Source of the DNA: Shigella phage CT01
Direction: 5' to 3' (one strand)
Sequence record: OK018184
Length of the DNA stretch: 64,000 bases
Shown piece by piece: positions 10,948 through 21,282 of this stretch. The stretch's first letter is position 1. Every line of letters starts with the position of its first letter. The translations under genes and the position numbers were made by a program. Below the pieces are notes generated by a model. It was given only the letters and a program-made list of their open reading frames with translations. It was not told the DNA's origin and did not search any database.

Positions 10948-12716
10948 AAAAGCCACAAGAAATGCAAACGATGCGTAGAAAAGTTATTTCAGATAATAAA
11001 CCAACACAGGAAGCGGCTAAATCCGCTTCCAACACTTTATCTGGACTTAATGATATATCTACGAAATTGGATGATGCTCAAGCTGCTTCTGAATTAATTG
11101 CTCAAACTGTCGAAGAAAAATCGAATGAAATAGTTGGAGCAATTGATAATGTAGAAAGCGCAGTGAGTGATACTACTGCTGGTTCTGAGTTAATTGCTGA
11201 AACTGTCGAAATTGGCAACAATATTAATAAAGAAATCGGTGAATCACTCGGGAGCAAATTAGATAAATTAACAAGTTTACTAGAGCAAAAAATTCAGACA
11301 GCCGGAATTCAACAAACAGGAACTAGTTTAGCTACGGTTGAAAGCGCTATTCCTGTTAAAGTTGTTGAGGACGATACAGCTGAATCTGTGGGTCCTTTAT
11401 TACCGGCTCCTGAAGCAGTTAATAATGATCCTGATGCTGATTTTTTCCCTACCCCTCAGCCAGTTGAACCCAAACAAGAATCGCCAGAAGAAAAACAGAA
11501 AAAAGACGCATTTAACTTAAAATTATCTCAAGCTTTAGATAAATTAACAAAGACTGTTGATTTTGGATTTAAGAAATCCATTTCAATTACTGATAAAATA
11601 TCAAGCATGTTATTTAAGTACACCGTTAGTGCTGCTATTGAAGCTGCTAAAATGACTGCAATGATATTGGCTGTTGTTGTTGGAATAGACCTGTTGATGG
11701 TTCATTTTAAATATTGGTCAGATAAATTTTCACAGGCTTGGGATTTGTTTAGTACAGACTTTACTAAATTCTCTAGCGAAACCGGAACATGGGGTCCTTT
11801 ATTACAGAGCATCTTTAGTTCTATTGATGAAATTAAAAAATTCTGGGAAGCGGGAGATTGGGGCGGTTTGACTGTAGCTATTGTAGAAGGGCTTGGAAAG
11901 GTTCTTTATAATTTAGGAGAACTTATTCAGCTTGGAATGGCTAAATTATCTGCGGCAATTCTTCGAGTTATTCCTGGTATGAAGGATACCGCTGATGAAG
12001 TGGAAGGAAGAGCGCTAGAAAATTTCCAAAATTCTACTGGAGCATCTCTCAATAAAGAAGACCAGGAAAAAGTTGCAAATTATCAAGATAAACGAATGAA
12101 TGGAGACCTTGGTCCGATAGCAAAAGGATTAGATAAAATTGCTAATTGGAAAACTCGTGCATCTAACTGGATTCGTGGCGTTGATAATAAAGAAGCACTA
12201 ACTACCGACGAAGAACGTGCAGCAGAAGAAGAAAAATTAAAGCAACTTTCACCTGAAGAAAGAAAAAATGCTTTAATGAAGGCTAATGAAGCGCGCGCCG
12301 CGATGATTCGCTTTGAAAAATATGCTGATTCAGCTGATATGAGTAAAGACTCAACAGTTAAATCAGTTGAAGCTGCCTATGAAGACCTCAAAAAACGGAT
12401 GGATGACCCAGATTTAAATAATTCACCGGCAGTTAAAAAAGAACTTGCTGCTAGATTTTCTAAAATTGATGCTACTTATCAAGAGCTCAAGAAAAATCAG
12501 CCTAATGCCAAACCTGAAACTTCTGCTAAATCGCCAGAAGCAAAACAAGTCCAGGTAATAGAAAAGAACAAAGCACAGCAAGCTCCTGTTCAACAAGCAT
12601 CTCCTTCAATCAATAATACTAATAATGTTATTAAGAAAAATACTGTCGTTCATAATATGACACCTGTTACGAGTACAACTGCTCCCGGTGTATTTGACGC
12701 GACAGGAGTTAATTAA
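10944..12716 (+). CDS. 29: tail tape-measure / baseplate hub protein gp29
   Basis: 590 aa, coiled-coil rich, T4 length and position. Confidence 0.85.
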   Translation: MKKPQEMQTMRRKVISDNKPTQEAAKSASNTLSGLNDISTKLDDAQAASELIAQTVEEKSNEIVGAIDNVESAVSDTTAGSELIAETVEIGNNINKEIGESLGSKLDKLTSLLEQKIQTAGIQQTGTSLATVESAIPVKVVEDDTAESVGPLLPAPEAVNNDPDADFFPTPQPVEPKQESPEEKQKKDAFNLKLSQALDKLTKTVDFGFKKSISITDKISSMLFKYTVSAAIEAAKMTAMILAVVVGIDLLMVHFKYWSDKFSQAWDLFSTDFTKFSSETGTWGPLLQSIFSSIDEIKKFWEAGDWGGLTVAIVEGLGKVLYNLGELIQLGMAKLSAAILRVIPGMKDTADEVEGRALENFQNSTGASLNKEDQEKVANYQDKRMNGDLGPIAKGLDKIANWKTRASNWIRGVDNKEALTTDEERAAEEEKLKQLSPEERKNALMKANEARAAMIRFEKYADSADMSKDSTVKSVEAAYEDLKKRMDDPDLNNSPAVKKELAARFSKIDATYQELKKNQPNAKPETSAKSPEAKQVQVIEKNKAQQAPVQQASPSINNTNNVIKKNTVVHNMTPVTSTTAPGVFDATGVN

Positions 12717-12724
12717 GGAATAAT

Positions 12725-13819
12725 ATGGCAATTGTTAAAGAAATAACTGCTGATTTAATTAAAAAGTCCGGTGAGAAAATTTCAGCCGGACAGAGTACTA
12801 AATCAGAAGTAGCAACTAAAACATACACTGCCCAGTTTCCAACTGGGCGTGCTAGTGGTAATGACACTACAGGAGACTTCCAGGTAACAGATCTATATAA
12901 GAATGGATTATTATTTACTGCATACAATATGTCATCTAGGGATTCTGGAAGTCTTAGATCGATGAGATCTAACTACTCTTCTTCATCTTCGAGTATTTTA
13001 CGTACAGCCAGAAACACTATCAGTAATACAGTATCAAAACTGTCAAATGGATTAATATCAGATAATAATTCAGGAACAATAAGTAAAGCTCCTGTCGCAA
13101 ACATTCTTTTACCGAGATCTAAATCTGACGTTGATACATCATCACATAGATTTAATGATGTTCAAGAAAGTCTTATCAGTAGAGGCGGAGGAACTGCTAC
13201 TGGTGTGCTAAGTAATATTGCTTCAACTGCAGTATTTGGGGCACTGGAAAGTATAACACAAGGTATAATGGCTGATAATAATGAACAGATTTATACGACA
13301 GCCAGAAGTATGTATGGTGGCGCTGAAAATAGAACTAAAGTGTTTACATGGGATTTGACTCCACGTTCCACAGAAGATTTAATGGCTATTATTAATATCT
13401 ATCAATATTTTAACTATTTTTCTTATGGTGAAACTGGCAAATCTCAATATGCTGCTGAAATAAAGGGGTATTTAGATGATTGGTATCGTTCTACGTTAAT
13501 TGAACCTTTATCTCCGGAAGACGCAGCTAAAAATAAAACACTATTTGAGAAAATGACATCGAGTTTAACTAACGTTCTAGTAGTTTCAAACCCGACAATT
13601 TGGATGGTGAAAAACTTTGGTGCAACATCTAAGTTTGATGGAAAAACTGAAATATTTGGTCCATGCCAAATACAGAGCATCAGATTTGATAAAACACCTA
13701 ATGGTAACTTTAACGGATTAGCTATTGCTCCAAACCTCCCTAGTACATTTACTCTCGAGATTACTATGAGAGAAATTATCACGTTAAACCGTGCTTCTTT
13801 ATATGCGGGGACTTTTTAA
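12725..13819 (+). CDS. 48: baseplate tail-tube cap gp48
   Basis: 364 aa, T4 length and position. Confidence 0.85.
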   Translation: MAIVKEITADLIKKSGEKISAGQSTKSEVATKTYTAQFPTGRASGNDTTGDFQVTDLYKNGLLFTAYNMSSRDSGSLRSMRSNYSSSSSSILRTARNTISNTVSKLSNGLISDNNSGTISKAPVANILLPRSKSDVDTSSHRFNDVQESLISRGGGTATGVLSNIASTAVFGALESITQGIMADNNEQIYTTARSMYGGAENRTKVFTWDLTPRSTEDLMAIINIYQYFNYFSYGETGKSQYAAEIKGYLDDWYRSTLIEPLSPEDAAKNKTLFEKMTSSLTNVLVVSNPTIWMVKNFGATSKFDGKTEIFGPCQIQSIRFDKTPNGNFNGLAIAPNLPSTFTLEITMREIITLNRASLYAGTF

Positions 13820-14784
13820 TGTATTCTTTAGAGGAATTTAATAATCAAGCAATAAACGCAGATTTCCAACGTAATAATATGTTTAGCTGCGTTTTTGCGA
13901 CAACTCCATCAACTAAAAGCTCTTCGTTGATAAGTTCAATTAGCAACTTTTCCTATAATAACTTGGGCCTAAATTCAGATTGGTTAGGATTGACTCAAGG
14001 CGATATTAATCAGGGAATTACTACGCTAATTACTGCTGGCACACAAAAACTGATAAGAAAATCAGGGGTTAGTAAATATCTTATTGGTGCCATGAGTCAA
14101 CGTACAGTTCAAAGTTTATTAGGCTCATTTACAGTTGGTACATATTTAATTGACTTCTTTAACATGGCATATAACTCATCTGGATTGATGATATACTCCG
14201 TAAAAATGCCAGAGAATAGATTATCCTATGAAACTGACTGGAACTATAATTCTCCTAATATTCGCATAACCGGAAGAGAATTAGACCCTTTGGTTATTTC
14301 ATTTAGAATGGATTCAGAGTCGTGTAATTATCGTGCAATGCAAGACTGGGTTAACGCTGTTCAAGACCCAGTAACTGGACTGCGTGCTTTGCCACAAGAT
14401 GTCGAGGCAGACATTCAGGTTAATCTTCATGCTCGTAATGGATTACCTCATACTGCTGTGATGTTCACTGGATGCATTCCAGTGTCAGTGAGCGCTCCTG
14501 AGTTATCATACGATGGAGATAACCAAATAACTACATTTGATGTTACTTTTGCGTATAGAGTCATGCAGGCTGGAGCGGTTGATAGACAAGCTGCGCTTGA
14601 GTGGCTTGAATCTGCTGCTATAAATGGCATTCAAAGCGTTCTCGGAAATAGCGGAGGTGTTACTGGACTATCTAATTCGCTTTCACGACTTAGTAGATTA
14701 GGAGGAACTGCAGGAAGCATTTCAAACATTAATACTATGACAGGAATTGTCAATTCGCAAAGTAAAATATTAGGAGCAATATAA
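13819..14784 (+). CDS. 54: baseplate tail-tube initiator gp54
   Basis: 321 aa, T4 position. Confidence 0.85.
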   Translation: MYSLEEFNNQAINADFQRNNMFSCVFATTPSTKSSSLISSISNFSYNNLGLNSDWLGLTQGDINQGITTLITAGTQKLIRKSGVSKYLIGAMSQRTVQSLLGSFTVGTYLIDFFNMAYNSSGLMIYSVKMPENRLSYETDWNYNSPNIRITGRELDPLVISFRMDSESCNYRAMQDWVNAVQDPVTGLRALPQDVEADIQVNLHARNGLPHTAVMFTGCIPVSVSAPELSYDGDNQITTFDVTFAYRVMQAGAVDRQAALEWLESAAINGIQSVLGNSGGVTGLSNSLSRLSRLGGTAGSISNINTMTGIVNSQSKILGAI

Positions 14785-14788
14785 CAAT

Positions 14789-14820
14789 GGGGACCGAAAG
14801 GTCCCCATATTTTTATTTAC
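14789..14820. terminator. hairpin ggggacc-gaaa-ggtcccc plus T-run between gene 54 and the alt block
   Basis: Perfect 7-bp stem, GAAA loop, followed by atatttttattt. Confidence 0.6.
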
Positions 14821-15103
14821 GGAATGAAATAAAAGCAGCAACTGAAGCAACTAAACTGTCTTCAATATAAACTTCAATTTTTACCGGAGCTTCTGACTCA
14901 AATTTACCTGTTACTACACCTTGGAAAATGCTTTCAGTCTGTTCTGGCTTTGAAAAATTTTCAGAAGGAAAAATTCCGAACTTTTTATCTGTTCCAAAAA
15001 TTTTGATAAATTCATCGTAAACTGCTTCATTAAAAGCGTTATCAGCAGGAATAACGCCTTCAACTACGAGTTCTTGACCTAAAAAGCGTAAAGAAGATTT
15101 CAT
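14813..15103 (-). CDS. hypothetical protein at the alt.-3 position
   Basis: 96-aa ORF downstream of the alt paralogues. Confidence 0.55.
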   Translation of the reverse strand: MKSSLRFLGQELVVEGVIPADNAFNEAVYDEFIKIFGTDKKFGIFPSENFSKPEQTESIFQGVVTGKFESEAPVKIEVYIEDSLVASVAAFISFRK

Positions 15104-15163
15104 TTTGTGTTCCTCATGTTATGTCAGTAAAATTATTATAACACAACACGAGGGACTTGTAAA

Positions 15164-17221
15164 CTACATTTTGAACTTTTTAGACATTTCGTTGATGTTA
15201 ACCAAAGAAGCCAAGATTTGAGAAACTTCGTTTTCCTCTTCTTTTGATTCTTCTACAAGGAATTGATTAAATCCAGCCATTGGACGAACTTCACCAGTTT
15301 CCATCAGGTGGTCGCCATCATATACCGATTCTTCTAATTGTTCAGAAGGAGGAACGATTGTGCCTTCGATTAGATACTTGTTATAAGCAGTTTCTTTCAT
15401 CATGTACGTACTCACTTTATTAATCTTCAGTAAAATTCCACGTGGTAAAATAACTTCAGCTTCTGATGGAAATCCTGATAAATGACCCGGAACGATAACT
15501 TTGATTCGCTCAGCTCCTTTAATTACCATACCCACGCTAGTTTCAGCATCTTCATTCGCATAAGCAGAGTGACTGCCCATATGCATTAAATCTTCAGCAT
15601 CAACTGAACCTTCTCCTTCACCAGAAAATACTGCACCAGAATCATCTAGAGCCATATAGTTTTTACCATACTCACCGAAGATATTTGGTTTAAGCGATGT
15701 GGATACGAAGTTCTTGAAATAGAACATTTTATTTTCAATATTATGACGTAAAGTTTTAAAGGTAACTTCTTGTCCACGGTAAAGTGTAGTTCCTGGAGGA
15801 AGAACTGATCCTTTGGCAAAGGCAGAATCCATTGTCTCGATGTGTTTAATAGCTCGTTCCATGTATTCTTCACGTGTAGAATCTGGTTTACCTAAAAGGA
15901 ACGAGTTCATTTCAACATATGAATCTGCACAATAATCTTCAATTACATCAGACTCAGCCTGAGTTAATCCTTTTGGAGTTACTTCAGTACTTGCATATTC
16001 ATACGCTTGAGAAGCAGACTCATTAATCAATTTATAAATGCCATTCATGACAAATTGAATAATAGCTACCTTTTCATCTGGCGTGGCTTTAGAACCTTTA
16101 ACTAAATCATTGACAATTTTCTTAATAACATCAAAACTATTAGAAATATTAATGTCAGCAAGATCGCTTAAAATTTTATCGGTTTTATAATCAAAAAATT
16201 CTTTATTCTTTAAATATTCTTGAGAACCTTGATATGTTATATCGCTCTGTAACTTGATAGATGGATCACGTAAACGTGCATGAGCCAATGCAATATGATT
16301 TCGGAAGCTTTCTAGTTCATAATCACTAGATTTAAAACGAGAAGCACTTCTCATACCACCGATAGCTCCTTTGCTGAAGTTTGAACCAACCTGAATAACG
16401 CCGGAGTTCATTGGTCCTTCTGCTTTATATACCGGAACTTTAGATTCAAACTCTTGATATTTCTTAGCAGCGAAGCTATCACCCTGAAGTGAAGCATCGA
16501 CAGTAGAGTATTGAGCTTGTGCTGCTAATCGACGACTAATTTTAGTTTTCTGAATAACAGCTTGATCCGTGCGCTTATCATTTTCTAAAGCAATAGAAGC
16601 AGCAACAGCAACAGCTTTAGGAACAGCATTGCCTGTTTTAACATCTACATAAACATCACCAACCTTTGATTCAACTTTTGTGAATAACTCAGTTGAAATA
16701 GGAGGTACACCTGGAATGTCTTCTAAATTGGCATTTTTACGGTAAACCATAATATATGCATATTTCTTATCATAGTCCCAGATTTCTTTTAAAAGAACAT
16801 ATCGACCTGCTCCTTTAGTACGTACTAAACGGTCGGCAATAACCTGCATTTGACGAGCTGCGCCATTTGTTTTACTTTTTAGTACGCGGAATAAGCATGC
16901 GTCAATTTTATACTGTTTCATTGTTTGAAGAGCAGTATCAAAAACGGCATTAATGACACCAATTGGATTTCCACCCAAGTTTTTAAGTTTAACTAATGAT
17001 AGTTTCTCATTAACACCTATCATTACGATATGCATCATTTTATCGCCTGGCTTAACATTTTTATTTGTATCACCACCAGAGGTGTATGTACAAAATCTAA
17101 ATCCAGGAAGCACACTTTCTTCGCCTGCTTGAATAGCAAAAATTTGAGGTATTTTATGCTTCGGATTTAAGTTAACAACCGGCGCTTCGGCGCCGTCAAA
17201 TAATTCTGTAATAAGTTCCAT
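15164..17221 (-). CDS. Alt-family ADP-ribosyltransferase paralogue (internal head protein)
   Basis: 685 aa; N-terminus MELITELFD almost identical to Alt; R (LYRGQ), STS (FVSTSL) and ExE (EAEVILPRG) motifs present. Confidence 0.75.
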   Translation of the reverse strand: MELITELFDGAEAPVVNLNPKHKIPQIFAIQAGEESVLPGFRFCTYTSGGDTNKNVKPGDKMMHIVMIGVNEKLSLVKLKNLGGNPIGVINAVFDTALQTMKQYKIDACLFRVLKSKTNGAARQMQVIADRLVRTKGAGRYVLLKEIWDYDKKYAYIMVYRKNANLEDIPGVPPISTELFTKVESKVGDVYVDVKTGNAVPKAVAVAASIALENDKRTDQAVIQKTKISRRLAAQAQYSTVDASLQGDSFAAKKYQEFESKVPVYKAEGPMNSGVIQVGSNFSKGAIGGMRSASRFKSSDYELESFRNHIALAHARLRDPSIKLQSDITYQGSQEYLKNKEFFDYKTDKILSDLADINISNSFDVIKKIVNDLVKGSKATPDEKVAIIQFVMNGIYKLINESASQAYEYASTEVTPKGLTQAESDVIEDYCADSYVEMNSFLLGKPDSTREEYMERAIKHIETMDSAFAKGSVLPPGTTLYRGQEVTFKTLRHNIENKMFYFKNFVSTSLKPNIFGEYGKNYMALDDSGAVFSGEGEGSVDAEDLMHMGSHSAYANEDAETSVGMVIKGAERIKVIVPGHLSGFPSEAEVILPRGILLKINKVSTYMMKETAYNKYLIEGTIVPPSEQLEESVYDGDHLMETGEVRPMAGFNQFLVEESKEEENEVSQILASLVNINEMSKKFKM

Positions 17222-17224
17222 GAT

Positions 17225-19321
17225 TTATCCTTGAACGAACTTGTAAGGCATGTTTGTAATATCTATGCAAGACGCAATAATTCCAAGAGATGATTCTACT
17301 TTCTGTTTAACGTTTGATGAAACAAATGATGCAAAGTCAACTCTGTCTTCTACTTCAATATCACCTGTCATTGCAACTACTTCGCCGGTTTCCATTAGAC
17401 GGTCACCGTCATAAATGACTGATTCGGTGAGTTCTTCCGTAGTCATAACTTCAGCTTGAATGAGTTTTGTATTATTAGATGTTGTTCCGTCATTATTAGA
17501 AGCATCAGTTATTTTATTAACTTTGACCATCAATCCGCGCGGTAGAATAACTTCAGCTTCAGTTGCTATTCCGAGACTTCCTGGATATACAACATTAACT
17601 TTATGAGCTCCATCAATTGCCCATCCTATTTGAACTTTAACGTATTCAGGATTTTCTTTATACGCTCTTATTTCGTTTGGATTAATAGTTATTCCTTCTT
17701 CATTTTTATCAACTGTTAATTCATTACGAGCTTCTGGTTCTAAAAGACCGATACCAGCATGTGTAATTCCAAAACGTCCAAAAATGATAGGAGTTAAAGA
17801 AGTAGATACAAAATTTCTGAAATAGAACACTTTATTTTTAACTAGCGCTTCGTATATAGGAGCAGTCATACTTTGAGCACGATAAACTGTAATGCCTTCT
17901 GGTATACGGTCACCATTTTCAAAAGCTGAATCTAAATTATTTATCGCAGATTCAATTTCTTTTTCACTCATTACATCATATCGTTCTGGATTGTAGCGGC
18001 CTAAAAGAAGATTATTGATGTCAGTATATCCTGATCCACAATACTCTCTAATGCCGCGCTTTTGCGATGGAGTATATTTAGAACCATCACGTGCAATGGT
18101 AATATCAATCATTGGACCTGCACCAATTCCAGAAAAACTATAAATCATTCGTTTGAGGAATTTAGTTTTTGCTGCGTTCCAGGAATTTTTAGTTATTTCT
18201 TCCCAGACTTCATCTGGCTGCCCTTTACGAGTTTTATTATGTTTATCAAGCCAATTATCTTTATATTCTTCAAAGAATTGATTAACAGCTGCTGCGTATT
18301 TCTCTAAACATTTTATTGAAGTAGTTGGTTCATTTTTAATCGCATTAAGAATTACATCTTTAATTTTTTCAGAAACTTCATTAACCTCACTTTTTGAAAA
18401 GAATTTATAGTCATAGTGAAGTTCATCTGCGGTTCCTTCGGCAATAATTTTTGCTGCCTTAGTTTTAGAAGCTAATGAATTAATTCCAAGCTTCATTTCT
18501 TCTGCTTCTGGAATTAAAGGAGCAGTAGCAGGTTTATTAAAATTAGCTGCGGTAGATTCATACTTCTGAAATAATTCACTTTCAAATCTAGAAGATTCTA
18601 ATGATTGACTTTGTGCAATTGCTCTACGGGAAATTTTAACTTTAACTATTACAGCTTGGTCAGAACGTTTATCATTTTCTTGCGCAATAGATGCTGCAAT
18701 TGCTTCATTTTTAGTTACTTGAGCTCCAGTATCTTTATTGATATAAACATCGCCGACCTTCGATTCAACTTTAGTAAAGAGCTCGGTACTAATTTCCGGA
18801 ACTCCTGGAATGTCTTCTAGTGATACATTTTTGCGATGTATAAGAATATATGCATACTTTTTATCATAATCCCAGAGTTCCTTAAGAAGGACGTATCTGC
18901 CACCTGAACGACTACGGATAAGTCTATCAGCAATAAGTTGAATTTGTCGAGCTTGACCAGCAGTTTTAGACTTAAGAATACGAAGCATGCAGGCATCAAT
19001 TTTATACTGACGCATCGTCTGCATTGCAACAGTAAAAACTGAATTGATATAATTAATTGGGCTTGGACCGAGACCTTTCAATTTAGCAATTGAACCTTTA
19101 GCAGTTAATGTAAAAGGAACAATGTGCATCATTTTATCGCCCATCTTTAGATCACGGTTAGTATCACCTCCAGATGTATAGGTACATAAACGAAAGCCTG
19201 GTTGTTCAATTGCGTCATCAACATGAACTGAAAAAATTTGCGGTATTTTCTTCTTTGGATTTAAGTTTGTAATCGGAAGAGTAGTATCTTCGTCAAATAA
19301 TTCTGTAATGAGTTCCATCAT
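17225..19321 (-). CDS. alt: Alt ADP-ribosyltransferase
   Basis: 698-aa ORF (MMELITELFDEDTTLPITNL...); R-STS-ExE motifs YRAQ / FVSTSL / EAEVILPRG; matches recalled T4 Alt. Confidence 0.85.
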   Translation of the reverse strand: MMELITELFDEDTTLPITNLNPKKKIPQIFSVHVDDAIEQPGFRLCTYTSGGDTNRDLKMGDKMMHIVPFTLTAKGSIAKLKGLGPSPINYINSVFTVAMQTMRQYKIDACMLRILKSKTAGQARQIQLIADRLIRSRSGGRYVLLKELWDYDKKYAYILIHRKNVSLEDIPGVPEISTELFTKVESKVGDVYINKDTGAQVTKNEAIAASIAQENDKRSDQAVIVKVKISRRAIAQSQSLESSRFESELFQKYESTAANFNKPATAPLIPEAEEMKLGINSLASKTKAAKIIAEGTADELHYDYKFFSKSEVNEVSEKIKDVILNAIKNEPTTSIKCLEKYAAAVNQFFEEYKDNWLDKHNKTRKGQPDEVWEEITKNSWNAAKTKFLKRMIYSFSGIGAGPMIDITIARDGSKYTPSQKRGIREYCGSGYTDINNLLLGRYNPERYDVMSEKEIESAINNLDSAFENGDRIPEGITVYRAQSMTAPIYEALVKNKVFYFRNFVSTSLTPIIFGRFGITHAGIGLLEPEARNELTVDKNEEGITINPNEIRAYKENPEYVKVQIGWAIDGAHKVNVVYPGSLGIATEAEVILPRGLMVKVNKITDASNNDGTTSNNTKLIQAEVMTTEELTESVIYDGDRLMETGEVVAMTGDIEVEDRVDFASFVSSNVKQKVESSLGIIASCIDITNMPYKFVQG

Positions 19322-19349
19322 ATCCTCTCTAGTGTTTATTCTATTTATA

Positions 19350-19374
19350 AAATTAAAGGCCCGAAGGCCTTTAA
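19350..19374 (-). terminator. hairpin aggcc-cgaa-ggcct with flanking T-run
   Basis: Inverted repeat between the 62-aa ORF and the alt start. Confidence 0.45.
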
Positions 19375-19559
19375 TAATCTAATGGTAAGAGAGTACGATA
19401 TATTTCAAACTTTGGCCCTTTTTCATAGGCATCAAATGTTTCTGTAAATTTATTATAAGCATATGCATCTACAAATTCGAGAATGACTTGTGATACAGAA
19501 GTAGAAACATCTCCACCTTCTTTTTGAGCTATAACAATTGTTTCTAAGTAAGCTTTCAT
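19371..19559 (-). CDS. hypothetical small protein
   Basis: 62-aa ORF overlapping the ligase stop. Confidence 0.5.
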   Translation of the reverse strand: MKAYLETIVIAQKEGGDVSTSVSQVILEFVDAYAYNKFTETFDAYEKGPKFEIYRTLLPLDY

Positions 19560-21016
19560 AGACCAGTTACCTCATGAAAATCACCAAATACATCCTCGAA
19601 TGTATTAGCTTTAGTTTTATCTTCACGTAAACGAATCGCAATCGGAAGAAATAATTTAACGTAATCAGTGCGGCCATCAGATTTTAACCAACCGTTGCAT
19701 TCGCACTCTAGAATTTTTCCAATATAATAATTTTGGTTTTCCATAATGCGAGTACGGTCAAGTTCATGTGATTTTACACCAGCTTTATCTTTTAAACCTG
19801 AACCAGCATTTACCTTAATTTTTCCACACTCTGATTCAAGAATAAATCCACCTGCTTTAGTAGGGTCTTTACGGTGAGGATAAATTCCTACAATTTTTAA
19901 ATCAACATCAATTACTTCTTTAAATTTATAGAGATTTTTTGAACGAGCATTTTCCCACAATCCATCGGTATTTTTGAGAATAATACCTTCAAGACCTCGG
20001 TCAATATATTTTTTATAAATTACCTTAGCTTCATCTAGGTTATTTACTACCTGGTTTTCAATTAAAATTACTTTATCATATCCTGATGTCATTTGTTCTA
20101 GTTTAGAAAAACGTACATCATATTTTAAACGAAACGCCGGAAGACCGTATATTTCTACCAACGGGACATAATCCCAGACCTGAAACTTCATACATTTGGC
20201 TTCTTTTTCTGAAATAGTTCCCTTTAAAGATTTATTGGCGATTCCATTAGAAGCAGTACGAGATTCAGCTACTTCAGCAAACTCTTTAACTTTACTATTT
20301 TCAGGAGAGTCAAAAAGAAAATCTAGGCCTTCTGGCTCCTTTTCAACTTGCTCATGGTATACCAATTCGCCATCAATTAACACACCTTCTGGATGAATCT
20401 GGCGGGCTTCAGCAGTCATTTTGATTAGATCTTCCTTAAGAAGATCTAATCCTAGATATTCATTACCAGCTCGCGATAAAAGACGAACATCATCTAATTC
20501 ATCGCCTCGGACTTCAGCAAAACACCGAGCTCCATCTGCTTTTAACTGCGCAAAAGCTGGAAACTTGATATTCTTACTAATGCCTTTTTCATCATAAGAA
20601 CTTGCCAGCATTTGAGGTTGTTCAGGAATTAAACCTGGCCAAACTTTGTTTGCAATAGATACTGAAGCACCACATTCAAGGTCTCGCATCATAACTCGAC
20701 GCAAAACTTCAACATCATCCTTTTTACCATCGGTGATATATCCAGTTAATTCCTCAATTGCTGCATTGCCAGTTAATTTCCGAGTAGCTAACGTGAATTC
20801 AATGAAGTCAAGCATATCGGTAATAGTCAGCATTCCAAAACTCTGGGTAGCAATACCAGGTTTAGGCCATTTCTTGATATAATACTGTAACCCACGAGAA
20901 TAAGTCAGACGATATACTCGTTTAAGCAATTCATTATCTTTATTCTTTTCAAGAATTGCTTGCTTCTGCTTAGTTGAACCAATAGATGCTATTTCATTTA
21001 GAATTTCAAGAATCAT
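19556..21016 (-). CDS. 30: ATP-dependent DNA ligase gp30
   Basis: 486 aa; adenylation lysine motif in QLKADGARCF; matches recalled T4 DNA ligase. Confidence 0.9.
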   Translation of the reverse strand: MILEILNEIASIGSTKQKQAILEKNKDNELLKRVYRLTYSRGLQYYIKKWPKPGIATQSFGMLTITDMLDFIEFTLATRKLTGNAAIEELTGYITDGKKDDVEVLRRVMMRDLECGASVSIANKVWPGLIPEQPQMLASSYDEKGISKNIKFPAFAQLKADGARCFAEVRGDELDDVRLLSRAGNEYLGLDLLKEDLIKMTAEARQIHPEGVLIDGELVYHEQVEKEPEGLDFLFDSPENSKVKEFAEVAESRTASNGIANKSLKGTISEKEAKCMKFQVWDYVPLVEIYGLPAFRLKYDVRFSKLEQMTSGYDKVILIENQVVNNLDEAKVIYKKYIDRGLEGIILKNTDGLWENARSKNLYKFKEVIDVDLKIVGIYPHRKDPTKAGGFILESECGKIKVNAGSGLKDKAGVKSHELDRTRIMENQNYYIGKILECECNGWLKSDGRTDYVKLFLPIAIRLREDKTKANTFEDVFGDFHEVTGL

Positions 21017-21282
21017 TGCTCATCCTTCAAGGTTTGGTTTACAGCTCTATTATAAATCAATTCATCATTAAGCTCAGGCAAAGACTTATGATATGTAGTT
21101 CTAACTTTATTTCCTTGCATCCAGTGCTTGACGTAAATGAAACCTTGCTCTACACATTTTTTAAAAATTCGTTCATCCTTTTGAGCACGGAACTCTGGAT
21201 TACATCTAAAAAATTGATTTACGTGACCGTAATCACGTGTAGTATTACCTTCATTTTCATAAATAGTATGAACAACAAACAT
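21013..21282 (-). CDS. hypothetical protein at the 30.1 position
   Basis: 89-aa ORF, ATGA-coupled. Confidence 0.55.
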   Translation of the reverse strand: MFVVHTIYENEGNTTRDYGHVNQFFRCNPEFRAQKDERIFKKCVEQGFIYVKHWMQGNKVRTTYHKSLPELNDELIYNRAVNQTLKDEQ

